The position numbers and the translations under genes were made by a program. Shown one piece after another: positions 28,124 to 38,138 of a stretch of DNA of 64,000 bases. The stretch lies in assembly GCA_050250855.1 (NCBI GenBank), contig JBFWNW010000002.1, positions 210,719 through 274,718 on the forward strand, written 5' to 3'. The notes under the pieces were generated by a model. That model was not told the origin of the DNA and did not search any database. It saw only the letters and a list, made by a program, of their open reading frames with translations. Positions within the stretch are counted from its first letter, which is position 1. Each line of letters starts with the position of its first letter. The DNA is from Candidatus Babeliales bacterium. GTDB lineage: Bacteria > Babelota > Babeliae > Babelales > JACPOV01.

Positions 28124-29833
28124 ATGATAAAACATGATATTGGCGAACTTTTAGTAGCTCAGCAGAAAATAACACATGAGCAGCTTCAAGAGTGTTATGC
28201 ATATTGTAAGCAAACCGGTATTTCTTTAGCTGAGTGCTTGCGTGAGAAAAAATTAGTCTCAAATGAAGACATAGCACGCGCTTTTACTGAGCTTTTTTCA
28301 TTGCTGTATATTGAAAAAATTACTGAAAAAATGGCGGATCCCGCCTTGCTTGCTAAAGTTCCCCTACGTTTTTTGCGCCAAAATAGCATTATACCTATCA
28401 TGCTTGAAGGTCGCATTACCCTCGTTACCACCAATCCTCGCGCTTTTCAGCCCCTTGATGAACTTAATATGCTGCTTGGCTCTGATACTGATACTGCTGT
28501 TTCAACACAAGAAGTTATTATTGATGCAATAAATCGTTACTATCCGCTTGAAGGGACCAAGCAGATGATCGAGGAGCTTGAAGAAGAAAAGGGAGCTCCA
28601 GAAACTATTGAACTTGCTGAGATTGAAGAAAAAGATATTTTAGCAATGGCAGCAGAGGCGCCAATTATTAAATTGGTGAATCATATTTTGGTGCAAGCAG
28701 TAAAACGTGATGCCTCTGATATTCATATTGAACCGTATGAAAAAGAAGTACGCGTGCGTTATCGTATTGATGGTGTTATGTCTGAAGCGTTTAACCCGCC
28801 AAAACGTGTACAAGCGGCTCTTATTTCTCGTATCAAAATTATGGCAAATTTAAACATTGCAGAAAAACGTATTCCGCAAGATGGTCGTATAGAAATTAAA
28901 GTTGCTGACAAAGCATTTGATATTCGTGTTTCTGTATTGCCAACCACCTTTGGTGAGCGGGTAGTAATGCGTCTTTTAGATAAAACAAAAGCATTTAAAG
29001 AGATTAAAAATTTAGGATTCAGTCCTCGCGATCTAAAGACAGTGGAACAAAATATTGCACGCCCTAACGGTATAATTTTTGTTTCAGGTCCTACCGGTTC
29101 TGGTAAAACATCTACGCTTTATTCCATTTTAGTGCAACTTAATAAACCAGATGTAAATATCGTAACGGTTGAAGATCCGGTTGAGTATCAAATGAAGGGC
29201 ATCGGCCAAGTTCAGGTAAAAGAAAAAATAGGGCTTACCTTTGCAGCAGCATTACGTTCTATTTTGCGTCAAGACCCCGATATTATTATGATTGGTGAAA
29301 CGCGCGATCAAGAAACAGCACAAATTGCTATCCAAGCAGCACTTACCGGTCACTTGGTTTTAAGTACCATTCACACGAATAATGCGCCTGCTACCATAAC
29401 GCGTTTAATTGATATGGGTATAGAACCATTCTTAATTGCTTCATCAGTAGTATGTATCATTGCACAGCGTTTGATTCGTACCTTATGTCCTTTATGCAAA
29501 CAAGTATATAAACCAACGCAAGAAGAATTAAGAAGCATTGGTATTACTCAAAGAGAAGCAGAAGGTATTACGTTCTATAAAGCAGTTGGTTGTCCTGAAT
29601 GTGGCGGCACCGGTTATAAAGGCCGTATGGCAATTTTTGAAGTTATGGAAATGACGAATGATATCGCTAATCTTACTATGAGCAAAGCAGATGCTTCCGT
29701 TATAAGAAAACAGGCGTTAGCTGATGGCATGACGTTGTTAGTTGCTGATGGCTTACGTAAGATCAAAGAAGGTATTACCACTATTTCTGAAGTTGCACGT
29801 GTTGCAGCGGTTGAGGAAGAAGAGTTTTCATGA
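28124..29833 (+). CDS. gspE: Type II secretion / type IV pilus assembly ATPase (GspE/PilB)
   Basis: ASDIHIEP, PQDGRI, GPTGSGKT, TVEDPVE, LRQDPD, STIHTN, CxxC/CxxC. Confidence 0.92.
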   Translation: MIKHDIGELLVAQQKITHEQLQECYAYCKQTGISLAECLREKKLVSNEDIARAFTELFSLLYIEKITEKMADPALLAKVPLRFLRQNSIIPIMLEGRITLVTTNPRAFQPLDELNMLLGSDTDTAVSTQEVIIDAINRYYPLEGTKQMIEELEEEKGAPETIELAEIEEKDILAMAAEAPIIKLVNHILVQAVKRDASDIHIEPYEKEVRVRYRIDGVMSEAFNPPKRVQAALISRIKIMANLNIAEKRIPQDGRIEIKVADKAFDIRVSVLPTTFGERVVMRLLDKTKAFKEIKNLGFSPRDLKTVEQNIARPNGIIFVSGPTGSGKTSTLYSILVQLNKPDVNIVTVEDPVEYQMKGIGQVQVKEKIGLTFAAALRSILRQDPDIIMIGETRDQETAQIAIQAALTGHLVLSTIHTNNAPATITRLIDMGIEPFLIASSVVCIIAQRLIRTLCPLCKQVYKPTQEELRSIGITQREAEGITFYKAVGCPECGGTGYKGRMAIFEVMEMTNDIANLTMSKADASVIRKQALADGMTLLVADGLRKIKEGITTISEVARVAAVEEEEFS

Positions 29834-30339
29834 TGCGCTCTCAGGAGCAAGGATCATTATTACTTAACATAGCACTGGTGCTCAGTATACTTCTTGTGCT
29901 CATGAGTATAGCAATTCCTCGGTTGCCTTTTATGCAACGTATGGTACTTCGTTTAGAGCTTGAAAAGATGCACAGCTTTTTTCATTATATGCAGCAACGT
30001 GCACTTGCTTTACATGAAGATCTTACTATTACTTTTGATCCCATTCATAATAGGTATTATGCTGATACGTATAAAGAATCGTTAGCGCCCGGTGTTCAAT
30101 TTGGCGTACTTTTAGGGTCTTCAGGTCCTCCTTCAAAACCTTCTGGCCAAATTCTTTCTCCTATTACGTTTAAAAATAATAAAGCTGTTTTTTATAAAGA
30201 TGGCACGATTGCAGCGGGTACCGTGTATATAACTGATCATAGTAAACATTATTTATATGCACTCAGTAGCCCTGTTTCACAAATTTCTTATTTGCGTATG
30301 TATTCTTATGCTCGCAATCGCTGGATTCCTCTGCAATGA
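29830..30339 (+). CDS. GspH/FimT-like minor (pseudo)pilin with atypical cleavage motif
   Basis: QG|SLLLNIALVLSILLVLMSIAIP N-terminus; F..DG...AGT.YI near the C-terminus. Confidence 0.6.
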   Translation: MMRSQEQGSLLLNIALVLSILLVLMSIAIPRLPFMQRMVLRLELEKMHSFFHYMQQRALALHEDLTITFDPIHNRYYADTYKESLAPGVQFGVLLGSSGPPSKPSGQILSPITFKNNKAVFYKDGTIAAGTVYITDHSKHYLYALSSPVSQISYLRMYSYARNRWIPLQ

Positions 30340-33029
30340 GATTACTGATAAAAATGTCGGCAGCTCTTCTGATAGGCCTAGGCCTTACCCTTGCTATTTT
30401 GCAGCATGAGGAAAGTTTTAAGCAGGCTTTTCATGGACGTTTGAAAAATCTTTTTGAAGCAACCTTTAATTGTGAAGTTTCTTATGAACTTGCATCGATT
30501 AATTTTTTTTCAGGGCGCTTAGTTGCGCATCATGTTTTTGTGAAAGCTCTTGATAAGAAATGGTCTTGGCATGCAGATACGTTTACCTTATCACTCGCGC
30601 CAAGTTTATTATTTATAGCAGGAAAATGTGGCCTTGATGTAGTGATTGAAAACATGCAGGCAGAATCTTTAATGGATAATGGAATTCCTGCCATTTATGA
30701 ACATATAGTAAGTTTTATCTATGGTGCTACTGATATTCCTTTTACGCTCAAGCGCTTAATGATTCGGCGAGGAAGTCTTGCCATAACCGATGCAGCACAT
30801 TTTTTAAAAGGAGAGTTTAATTTTTCAAGTGAAATTGTCATGCAGCTTCATCGAATTCTTTCATCATTTTATTTGACGCATGCACATGTTTCATTATGGG
30901 ATATTCCTTGCTTGCAGGGCGCTCATGTACGCATGAGTTTAGAAAAAGTAGGCAATAAAGCATTGAGTATTACTGCGCAAGGAAAACTGACGCTTGATAA
31001 AGATTTGCAGGATGAGGCAGATTGTTACCTTTCTGCAAACTATGATGGAAGGCAGGGTTGGGTGTATTGTAACAATAAAGATAATTCATTACAGCAGCAA
31101 ATTAGAATTCATCCTGATAGTTGGTGTAGTATAGAAGGTATTTTTCCCGTGGCGTTATTTAATAAATTTTTCTTTGTATCATTTCACGATCTTTCTGGTG
31201 TAGGTAAAAATTCCCTTAAATTTTTTTATCATGATGATTATAAAATGCAGGGCATGCTAGTGCTTGATAATGCGTATTATAAAGGTATTCCATTGGGTAC
31301 GATACGGAGCTTTTTAAATAAAGATAATGCGTTGTGGGATGGTACGCTTTTATTTGATCATGATGCATGGGGAGCATTACAAGGAGCTTGGCATTGGCAT
31401 GAAGAAAAGCATGAAGGTGAAATTTTTTTAAAAAATTCAAAAACATTACAATCGCCCCTTACCTATTTTACGATCAATCCCGGCAATGTTGATATCCGCT
31501 GTTCATACACTAAAGATACGATACTTGGTCGCTATGCTCTTGTTGCGCATCACAGAATTTTGCAAACTATGCTCCAAACAGGAGGAACGTTTGCGCTAGC
31601 AGATGATGCAATTGTTGCAAAAGGTATATTTGATAAAGATTCTTATAGCCTTGTTGGTCGTTTTAATCCTTCGCTAATGCTTACGCATTTTATGTACCAG
31701 GATAGCGATAAAAATACGCTTTTTAGTGTGGCATCTAATCCGCACGCTTGTAATGAACTGCAGGCATTTTTAGATTATCGATGCATACAGAGAATATTAA
31801 AAGAAATATATAATATTGAAATGAGAGGGCAGGGGCATCTTGCTGTTCATGGAACGCTCAAGGATGACTTGTTAGTTACTGGCTCTCTTTCATTACATGA
31901 CGGGCACATTCAGGTTCCTTATACGTATAATTTTATACAAAATTTAGAAGGATCTTTTAATCTTGATATTAAACAGAAATCTCTGTGGTTGCATGATTTG
32001 TTATTAAAATTACACAAAGGAGCTATTGCAGCGCCACGAGCTACTTTTTGTTGGGATGAATATAAAGAATCTTTTTTCATGCATATGCCGCTTTTTTTTG
32101 AAAAGTTATTTTTAAATATGCAAAAAGATATATTCACTGAATGTTCTGGTGCCGTAAGGGTGCACAAAGAAGAACAAGAAAAAATTATACTTAAGGGAGG
32201 AATATCGTTAGATGGTGGTGAATGTAAAAAAAATATTTTTTCATCAGCATTACAAAAAAATAGTATTCCTGCTTTATATGGTAGTGGCAAATTAGGTATA
32301 GAATGTGATTTGTATATAAAAAGTAAAAAACCATTACGCATACAAACCTCTTTTTTAAATACTGATATTGCACTTGATATAGCTATAAAAGAAAAATTGT
32401 ATAATCCATCTTTTACTGGTACTATTACGCTTCAAGGAGGATCACTTTTGTTTCCCTATCGCCCCTTGCATATTACGCGTGGCTTGATTTATTTTCTGCC
32501 TCATCAACTCGATGATCCTGTTATTGAGCTGATTGCAAAAGGAAAAGTTAAAAAATATCACGTTACGTTGCGTACGAGTGGTTCATTGCGCAAACCGCAT
32601 ATTAGCTTGGAATCAACACCTCCTTTAACAGAAGAACAAATCTTAACATTACTACTTGCAGGCTCAGAAGAAGGATCAGTAGCGCTGGTTATGCCAACGG
32701 TTATTATGCAAAATATGGAGCAACTTCTTTTTGGTCCTGAACAATCATATTCAAAGCTTGAGACCTATTTTAAAAATCTATTGGGGCCACTAAAACATGT
32801 ACGCTTTGTTCCTACTTTTTTTGATCAAACAGCACGAGGTGGCTTTAGAGGAACTATTTTAGTTGATGTTTCTGAACGTCTTCATGGTTTAATTCAAAAG
32901 AATTTTAGCTTGCCAGAAGATACTAAAATAGAGATAGAATATCTTCTATCTGATGATGTCACTTTGCGTGCATTAAAAGATCAGCGTGGAGACGTTGGTG
33001 GCGAAGTTGAAATGCGGTGGAAATTTTAG
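30336..33029 (+). CDS. TamB/AsmA-like translocation-assembly protein
   Basis: N-terminal anchor; C-terminal G.L.KP.I.LES.PPL.EEQIL.LL and terminal ...GGEVEMRWKF as in TamB (DUF490). Confidence 0.75.
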   Translation: MRLLIKMSAALLIGLGLTLAILQHEESFKQAFHGRLKNLFEATFNCEVSYELASINFFSGRLVAHHVFVKALDKKWSWHADTFTLSLAPSLLFIAGKCGLDVVIENMQAESLMDNGIPAIYEHIVSFIYGATDIPFTLKRLMIRRGSLAITDAAHFLKGEFNFSSEIVMQLHRILSSFYLTHAHVSLWDIPCLQGAHVRMSLEKVGNKALSITAQGKLTLDKDLQDEADCYLSANYDGRQGWVYCNNKDNSLQQQIRIHPDSWCSIEGIFPVALFNKFFFVSFHDLSGVGKNSLKFFYHDDYKMQGMLVLDNAYYKGIPLGTIRSFLNKDNALWDGTLLFDHDAWGALQGAWHWHEEKHEGEIFLKNSKTLQSPLTYFTINPGNVDIRCSYTKDTILGRYALVAHHRILQTMLQTGGTFALADDAIVAKGIFDKDSYSLVGRFNPSLMLTHFMYQDSDKNTLFSVASNPHACNELQAFLDYRCIQRILKEIYNIEMRGQGHLAVHGTLKDDLLVTGSLSLHDGHIQVPYTYNFIQNLEGSFNLDIKQKSLWLHDLLLKLHKGAIAAPRATFCWDEYKESFFMHMPLFFEKLFLNMQKDIFTECSGAVRVHKEEQEKIILKGGISLDGGECKKNIFSSALQKNSIPALYGSGKLGIECDLYIKSKKPLRIQTSFLNTDIALDIAIKEKLYNPSFTGTITLQGGSLLFPYRPLHITRGLIYFLPHQLDDPVIELIAKGKVKKYHVTLRTSGSLRKPHISLESTPPLTEEQILTLLLAGSEEGSVALVMPTVIMQNMEQLLFGPEQSYSKLETYFKNLLGPLKHVRFVPTFFDQTARGGFRGTILVDVSERLHGLIQKNFSLPEDTKIEIEYLLSDDVTLRALKDQRGDVGGEVEMRWKF

Positions 33030-33068
33030 TATGGTGATGAAAATATTTTTTATAAAAAAGTAAGTAGC

Positions 33069-33758
33069 ATGAAGATATATACAAAAATAATTTTTCTTTC
33101 TTTTCTTTTTTTTACCTCTCTTCAAGCGAATTTTTTTGCTGATTCTATTCTCTATGCGCAGAGAATTTTAACAAAACCATCTTCACGCAAAATTTTTAAA
33201 TCTTTATTTGTCCCGTACAAAGAGCCTGATGCAAAAAAAGTTTTATGTGGTCTTATTGATAATGAAAAAAAATCTATCTCTTTTGCGCAATATGTTTTAA
33301 GTGATAAAGAAATTACTGAGGCTTTATCTCAAGCTCATGCGCGAGGCGTAAAGATACAGGGAATCGTTGATCATTCGGCATTGCATCATGGTAATGAAAA
33401 AGTGACTGATTTGGTGCAGCAGGGTATTGATATTCTTGTTTATAAAAAGCCGTATTCAATTATGCATAATAAATATTATGTTTTTGAAGAAAATTTTTTT
33501 GGAAAACCAGTCGTTTTTATGGGTTCTGCTAATGCTAGTTTTTCTGGTTTTAGAAAAAATAAAGAAAGCATCATGGTATTTAACAACAAAGCATGTTGCC
33601 AAACGTATAAAAAAGAGTTTAGAGCCTTGCAAAAAGAAGTACAAGCACAAAAAATGTATAGCACTCAGAAACAAAGAGAACAGCAAACAGCATTTTATAT
33701 GCTTTTAAAAACTTTTAGGGAATTCAAGCGGCTTATATTTTTAGGAAATTTGTTATAA
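33069..33758 (+). CDS. Single-domain phospholipase D / Nuc-like protein with signal peptide
   Basis: MHNKYYVFE (HxK), GSAN, N.E. Confidence 0.8.
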   Translation: MKIYTKIIFLSFLFFTSLQANFFADSILYAQRILTKPSSRKIFKSLFVPYKEPDAKKVLCGLIDNEKKSISFAQYVLSDKEITEALSQAHARGVKIQGIVDHSALHHGNEKVTDLVQQGIDILVYKKPYSIMHNKYYVFEENFFGKPVVFMGSANASFSGFRKNKESIMVFNNKACCQTYKKEFRALQKEVQAQKMYSTQKQREQQTAFYMLLKTFREFKRLIFLGNLL

Positions 33759-33882
33759 AAAAGAGACGAAAGTGGTCAAAAGAAGCTTCTTTTTTTATTG
33801 AAGGCTTCATTACTACAATTCCTTCTTAGCTGGCATCATCGTATGCCGCTTTTTAAAAAAAAGCAAGAAAATTTTATGCGCT

Positions 33883-34839
33883 TTATTTTTCTTCTAAAAG
33901 AGGGAGTTTTTTTAAAAGATGATCTATATCTTCAGGAAGTGCTGACTTAAATGAGTATGCTGTACCATCAAAAGTAAAGTTCAATTGTGCAGCATGAAGA
34001 GCTTGACGTTTAATATGAGCCGATTCTTTACCATAGGTTCCATCACCAAGAAGGGGATGACCGAGCGTTTTAAAATGTACACGGATTTGATGGGTGCGTC
34101 CTGTCAAAATAGTTACTTCTACCAAGGCAGCATTTTCAAAATAAGTAATTACTTTATATTTTGTTTGTGCTGACCGTGCTTGAATACCATTAACCGTCAT
34201 TTGATTGCGTATATGAGGATTTCGGCCGACAGGAAGATCAATAAGACCTTCTTTGTCAGGATGTCCATGCACGACAGCCAAATATGTTTTTTGAATGCTA
34301 CGTTCTTTAAAAAGCTTAGTAAAATACTGATGAGCATAATTAGTGCGAGCAATAATAATAATTCCTGAAGTATCCTTATCAAGGCGATGCACAATGCCTG
34401 GCCTTTCAGGACTACCAACTTCAGAAAGTTTTTGATCATTATGCATAAGCCAATCAATTAAGGTCATAGCTTTTTTGTTTGGTGAGGTGCGATGTACTAA
34501 TAAACCAGCAGGTTTTTCAAGAATAAAAAAGTGCTTATCTTCATGCATAACATTCACCTTAAGATCTGCAAGAAGTTGACGTTCTTCTGGCAAGAAATCT
34601 TGAGCATACAGAGGTTCTTGGTTTGGAATTGTAAGCGCAATAAGGTCGCCCTTCTTTAAAGAGCAGCTTGATTTTACCTGTTTGCCATTGACCGTAACCT
34701 GATGTTGGCTGATCAGTTTTTGGACAAAAGAACGAGAATACTCAGGCAGCTTATCACTGATAAAGTGATCAAGGCGGCCAGTATTGGCTTCCTGTTGTAC
34801 CTGAAATGTATGGGTGATCGGTGAAAAAATACGCTCCAT
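33883..34839 (-). CDS. rluD: RluA/RluD family 23S rRNA pseudouridine synthase
   Basis: S4 domain, KPAGLLVH, IVHRLDKDTSG, TGRTHQIRVH. Confidence 0.92.
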   Translation of the reverse strand: MERIFSPITHTFQVQQEANTGRLDHFISDKLPEYSRSFVQKLISQHQVTVNGKQVKSSCSLKKGDLIALTIPNQEPLYAQDFLPEERQLLADLKVNVMHEDKHFFILEKPAGLLVHRTSPNKKAMTLIDWLMHNDQKLSEVGSPERPGIVHRLDKDTSGIIIIARTNYAHQYFTKLFKERSIQKTYLAVVHGHPDKEGLIDLPVGRNPHIRNQMTVNGIQARSAQTKYKVITYFENAALVEVTILTGRTHQIRVHFKTLGHPLLGDGTYGKESAHIKRQALHAAQLNFTFDGTAYSFKSALPEDIDHLLKKLPLLEEK

Positions 34840-35028
34840 TTTATTCCTTTGCTCTCTGCTATTAGCTGTTTTACCTGAAAAATTTTATAAAAAATAATAG
34901 GTATAATTAAAGGGTAAAAGAAATATTATTAAAGTCAAATGGACAAGCAAGATTTGATGCGTTATGCTGAGCAAATAAGGGTATTTTTCAGGTGTAACGG
35001 GTAATTACTTTTGGCAAGGAGTAGGGGT

Positions 35029-36402
35029 ATGTCTACTGAGAAAAAAGAAAAAAAAGCTATTATTGCGGAATTAGCAGCGTCAGTTAATCTTTTGGTTTCT
35101 CATGACACACCAGAAGGAGTTCTTGTATGGGAGCAGCTTATTGACCTTCATCCTGCCGATATTGCTGATTTTTTCTCTTTGATCGATCATGATGAAATTA
35201 AAAGTATTTTTATACAATTTACTCCCGACTTACAGCTAGAAGTTTTTAGTCATGTATCAGATTCCATGAAGGTCTTTTTGCTTTCTTGTCTTGATGATGT
35301 GCATAAAGCTTCATTACTTGCCAAAACTCCCATTGATGAATTGACCGATTTATTTGATTCGCTTTCCGATCAAGAACTCAAAAAATACCTTATTCTTTTA
35401 AGTACGCAGGATCGCCAAAAGGTTCTTTCTTTAATGAAATTTGATCCAGAATCTGCCGGTGGTATCATGGATACCGATGTACTTACTTTTTTGCAAAGTT
35501 TTACGGTGGAAAAAAGTATTCAAATTTTACAGCGCTTACAGCCGCGTCGTGAGCTCCATCAACAAATGTATGTTACCGATCAAGATAATATTTTAGTTGG
35601 TTATATTAATTTAGAAGATTTAGTATTGCAATCACCAAAAGAGCGCTTATCAAATTTCTTGCATGAAGTAGAGCTTATTGTTGACGTACAAGAAGATCGT
35701 GAAGAAGTAGCAAAAAAGATGGTGCACTATGAACTTATGACAGCGCCCGTTGTTGGTGAAAATAACTATTTCTTGGGTGTTATTTCAAGTGATATTTTGG
35801 TTGAGGTTTTGGTAGAAGAAGCGGGGGAAGACGTTACCCGCATGGCTTCATTGCCTACCATTAAAGAGCCCTATTTTGAACTTTCTTTTGCAAAACTTCT
35901 TTATTTACGCGGTTATGTTTTGTTGGCGCTTTTAATAGCCGAATCTTTTTCTGGTAATATTATTCGTGCGTATGAAGCAACAATGACCGGTATTCTAATT
36001 TCATTTATTCCTATGCTCACAAGCGCTGGCGGTAACACCGGTAGCCAAACATCTGCGGTTGTTATTCAAGGTATGGCTTCAGGAGAAATTGGTTTTTTTA
36101 ATATGGCTCGTTTTTTGCGCCGTGAATTTTATGTTTCATTAACTATTGCACTTATCATGGCAGTTTATTCATTTGCGCGCAGTTATTCCGTTGGCGGTAC
36201 CGTGCCGGAGAGTTTGGCAATTTGCAGTGCACTTGGTGCTATTGTATTTATTTCTGCAATGCTTGGTAGCGTTATTCCTTTTGTATTGCGCAGATTTAAT
36301 ATAGACCCTGCATTTTCAGCAGGGCCTTTTTTGGCAACATTAATGGATATTCTTGGGATTGTCATCTACTGTTATATTAGCAAACTTATTCTTTTTTCTT
36401 AG
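35029..36402 (+). CDS. mgtE: Magnesium transporter MgtE
   Basis: HPADIA, AGGIM CBS pair, GGNTGSQ, DPAFSAGPFLATLMD. Confidence 0.93.
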   Translation: MSTEKKEKKAIIAELAASVNLLVSHDTPEGVLVWEQLIDLHPADIADFFSLIDHDEIKSIFIQFTPDLQLEVFSHVSDSMKVFLLSCLDDVHKASLLAKTPIDELTDLFDSLSDQELKKYLILLSTQDRQKVLSLMKFDPESAGGIMDTDVLTFLQSFTVEKSIQILQRLQPRRELHQQMYVTDQDNILVGYINLEDLVLQSPKERLSNFLHEVELIVDVQEDREEVAKKMVHYELMTAPVVGENNYFLGVISSDILVEVLVEEAGEDVTRMASLPTIKEPYFELSFAKLLYLRGYVLLALLIAESFSGNIIRAYEATMTGILISFIPMLTSAGGNTGSQTSAVVIQGMASGEIGFFNMARFLRREFYVSLTIALIMAVYSFARSYSVGGTVPESLAICSALGAIVFISAMLGSVIPFVLRRFNIDPAFSAGPFLATLMDILGIVIYCYISKLILFS

Positions 36403-37039
36403 CGGTAGGTAATGAGTCCAGTAAAGAGCGAGTTTTTTCAGGGTGATCTTGTCGAATGGCATTGATTAATTCTTGATGAGCTTTTTCATACATTTTCCAT
36501 GCAAAATTACCCCCGCTGATTATTTGAATCGATTTTTTATATTCATTTTTATCTGTAGTTGCTTTTTCTATGAATGGAATTTGTTGCGCAATCTCTATAA
36601 GTTTAGTTGGATTAAATATAATAGGTTTTGGTGAGCTTTGCTCTTGTTGCCCTTTTTTTATTAAGCTGAGTGAAAAAGAGAAGAATTCATTTTCTGTTGG
36701 TGCAAATAAAAGATCGGTAACAAAAGTAGCAGTTTGGGGTTGTGTATTTTCAGGAAAAGAGTTTGAAATATCAGTAACTTCTTTATCGATTTCTCTTAAT
36801 TTTTGACATGTATGTTGATAAAGATCTTGAATGATTTGCGATTGATCTTTAAGCGAAGATTTGTGTTTCTCATTATTATAAAAAATTCTACTGAAAGCTG
36901 CACGTTTTTCACTATTAATAAGCAAATAAATTACTGTCGGTTCTTCATTTTCCTCACAAAACCTTGCTTTTTTTTCTTCCATAGCAAAATTATTGATGAT
37001 ACATGTTACATTAAAAATAAGGAAAAAAGTTTTTTTCAC
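36386..37039 (-). CDS. Secreted hypothetical protein (signal + AMEE)
   Basis: Probable GTG start at 37039 with AGGA RBS; paralog of 37101..37589 (SLSL...QIP(F/Y)IEK). Confidence 0.65.
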   Translation of the reverse strand: MKKTFFLIFNVTCIINNFAMEEKKARFCEENEEPTVIYLLINSEKRAAFSRIFYNNEKHKSSLKDQSQIIQDLYQHTCQKLREIDKEVTDISNSFPENTQPQTATFVTDLLFAPTENEFFSFSLSLIKKGQQEQSSPKPIIFNPTKLIEIAQQIPFIEKATTDKNEYKKSIQIISGGNFAWKMYEKAHQELINAIRQDHPEKTRSLLDSLPTAKKKE

Positions 37040-37100
37040 AGAAGTTTCCTTGATGTACTGTTGCATTGCGTATGAGTATAGCAATGTTCAAGTGAGAGGT

Positions 37101-37589
37101 CTATTTTATATGGCTTTCAAACTCTTCTTGGGTAAATATTTTTTCAATATACGGAATTTGTAAAATTACTTTTTCTATGCTGGATTTATCAAGTTTTTCT
37201 TCAGATTCATGTGTTCCAAACTTTAATTGAAATGAATGCCAATGGAGGATGCTTAAGGATAGTTTTAAATATTCTTGTTCATTATGAATCATGTATTCTC
37301 GGGCTAATACACCAAAATAAGTTCCCCATTTTGATTTTTCATTAAATTGAGCTATAAGTTCTTTGTTATAAGAAGCTAGATTCTTAAGGGCATCATTGCA
37401 TGTTTCTAAGAATTTTTGGTCTTCTTGATCTGATAAGGTTAAATCAAAAAGGGATAGTTTTTGATAGCGAGTATACTGCTCATTGAGTTTGCAATAAATA
37501 TGTATAGAATTTTGTTGTTTTTCTTCCATGCTTATTATGGGATGGAAGAGAGATAAAAAGAAGAAGGGCAGGGATTTTAGAAGTTTCAT
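37101..37589 (-). CDS. Secreted hypothetical protein (signal + SMEE)
   Basis: Signal peptide; shares LSLS...QIPYIEK with its neighbour. Confidence 0.7.
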   Translation of the reverse strand: MKLLKSLPFFFLSLFHPIISMEEKQQNSIHIYCKLNEQYTRYQKLSLFDLTLSDQEDQKFLETCNDALKNLASYNKELIAQFNEKSKWGTYFGVLAREYMIHNEQEYLKLSLSILHWHSFQLKFGTHESEEKLDKSSIEKVILQIPYIEKIFTQEEFESHIK

Positions 37590-37705
37590 AGTAGTTCCTT
37601 ATCTTAGAGGTTTTTATTATAGTAGGAGAGAACCGGGGCATATGCAAGAGGTTGTAATAATTTTTGCCTAGATACATTATTTTTTTATTTTTTTGAGGCT
37701 TTTTC

Positions 37706-37734
37706 TTGACAAGAAAGCTCTGAATTTATACCAT
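37706..37734 (+). promoter_or_regulatory. Sigma70-type promoter of tRNA-Lys
   Basis: TTGACA-17 bp-TACCAT, 21 nt upstream of the tRNA. Confidence 0.75.
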
Positions 37735-37755
37735 TATAACATCTTTTGAAAGAAA

Positions 37756-37831
37756 GAGCCGGTAGCTCAGTTGGTAGAGCAACAGCCTTTTAAGCTGTGG
37801 GTCGATGGTTCGAGTCCATCCCGGCTCACCA
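37756..37831 (+). tRNA. tRNA-Lys (TTT)
   Basis: GAGCCGG/CCGGCTC acceptor stem, TAGCTCAGTTGGTAGAGC D arm, acagc-cTTTTaa-gctgt anticodon arm, GGTTCGAGTCC, encoded CCA. Confidence 0.96.
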
Positions 37832-37965
37832 GTCTTCGTTTATCCGGGCCTTCAGGCTTGGCAAACTTCGACTGGCTACGCCAGTTTTTTAAATAACTCA
37901 GGTGTAAAAAGAAATTTGAATTTAACGCAAAAGCTGTCCACCGTAGCCTTGTGCGAAGGCTGGAC
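37829..37965. repeat. REP-like doublet on the tRNA-Lys 3' end
   Basis: ccagtcttcgttt...aaacttcgactgg hairpin, and oppositely oriented gtccaccgtagccttgtgcgaaggctggac. Confidence 0.75.
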
Positions 37966-38060
37966 GTCATGCTATAAAAGTTGAAATTAATAAGCTTTAG
38001 GATACACTGATCATAATCAGTTTCTGATAATCTTATCAAAAGATCTTATCTGAAATGTTA

Positions 38061-38138
38061 GTCCCTGTCGTCTAGCCCGGTCTAGGACATCGCCCTTTCA
38101 CGGCGAAAACATGGGTTCGAATCCCATCAGGGACGCCA
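38061..38138 (+). tRNA. tRNA-Glu (TTC)
   Basis: GTCCCTG/CAGGGAC acceptor stem, tcgcc-cTTTCac-ggcga anticodon arm, GGTTCGAATCC, CCA. Confidence 0.96.

Noticed and set aside
37767..38039. 90 aa minus-strand ORF
   Set aside because: Antisense to tRNA-Lys and its repeat trailer.
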